Assembly: GCA_002189035.1 (NCBI GenBank)
Contig: NEEC01000023.1
Span: 62,001-126,000 of the forward strand
Reading direction: 5' to 3'
From: Utricularia gibba
Lineage: Eukaryota > Plantae > Magnoliophyta
DNA: 64,000 nucleotides
The translations under genes were made by a program, and so were the position numbers. Every line of letters starts with the position of its first letter. The stretch's first letter is position 1. This document shows, one piece after another, positions 63,504 to 64,000 of this stretch. The notes beneath the pieces were generated by a model. It saw nothing but the letters and a program-made list of their open reading frames with translations, was not told the DNA's origin and ran no database searches.

Positions 63504-64000
63504 AATACTTCACAACACTTGAGACTGCTACCACTGCCTGCTTCCCTTTTATACTTGGTTTTGATTTCAGATCCCATGACTAGGAACATTTAAGGGATTT
63601 ACAACATCACAGACCAAGGTAGCTACAGGTCCCATCTCAAACTACTTAGTTATATGCTAAGCATCAGTTGTTAGTTGTCACTAGTCAGACCATTTCTCAT
63701 ATGCCTTCGATTTTTTTTTTTTTTCCAACAGATTGTGTGATTCATAATATGAGCCTTAGAATTCAGATTCTTCTCCGTTGTAGCTTTAAAAATCTGAAAC
63801 ATCTCAAATGCATCTGATTCGAGATCCAACAGTAATGTAAAGATCATCAATGGAAAAACTTACTACCTCTTAGTGAATTTGTGAAAGTGGTGTCTGTGTC
63901 AGATTCCCTCTCCTTCAGAGATTTGGTAGTCCTCTCATTGTGGCTTTCTGAGACAAGGCATAAATATCTCTGTACTTGGCATCACCAAAAACCTTATGCC

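Noticed and set aside
63740-64000. Possible terminal exons of a further minus-strand gene at the window edge
   Set aside because: Short open frames and splice-like sites exist, but there is no recognisable motif and too little sequence to support a call.
1-64000. tRNA, rRNA, snRNA and CRISPR features
   Set aside because: No cloverleaf or T-loop in tRNA context, no rRNA sequence, no clear USE+TATA promoter, and no repeat-spacer array were seen by eye. A tRNAscan or Infernal run would be decisive.

Overview
Plant (eudicot) nuclear DNA, very gene-dense: 19 recognisable protein-coding genes in 64 kb, mostly with short GT-AG introns. In order: ZIFL-type MFS transporter (3' part), STIG1-like peptide, BODYGUARD-like hydrolase, RRP1/Nop52, class II NADPH-P450 reductase, leucine aminopeptidase, TM9SF/TMN, plastid LPAT1, HAD-IG 5'-nucleotidase, group I CNGC, HAT5/ATHB1-like HD-Zip I, ATL RING-H2, NHL-repeat protein, ATL46-like RING-H2, TIM44, WAT1/UMAMIT, MTP12, SIN3-like, and an At3g28370-like coiled-coil protein. 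About 16 reading-frame breaks in 12 genes are each repaired by adding one base, nearly always in a G or C run, which points to assembly homopolymer errors rather than pseudogenes. I found no tRNA, rRNA, CRISPR array or intact transposon, and no convincing new multi-gene system. The best leads are a conserved-peptide uORF ahead of the HD-Zip gene that the ORF track misses, a TIM44 apparently lacking about 160 residues of its N-terminal domain, a candidate U12 intron with AT-AA or AT-AC ends, a decayed copia gag fragment next to the TMN promoter, and an unexplained minus-strand locus at 33.5-34.6 kb. All family assignments come from recalled motifs; no database search was run.
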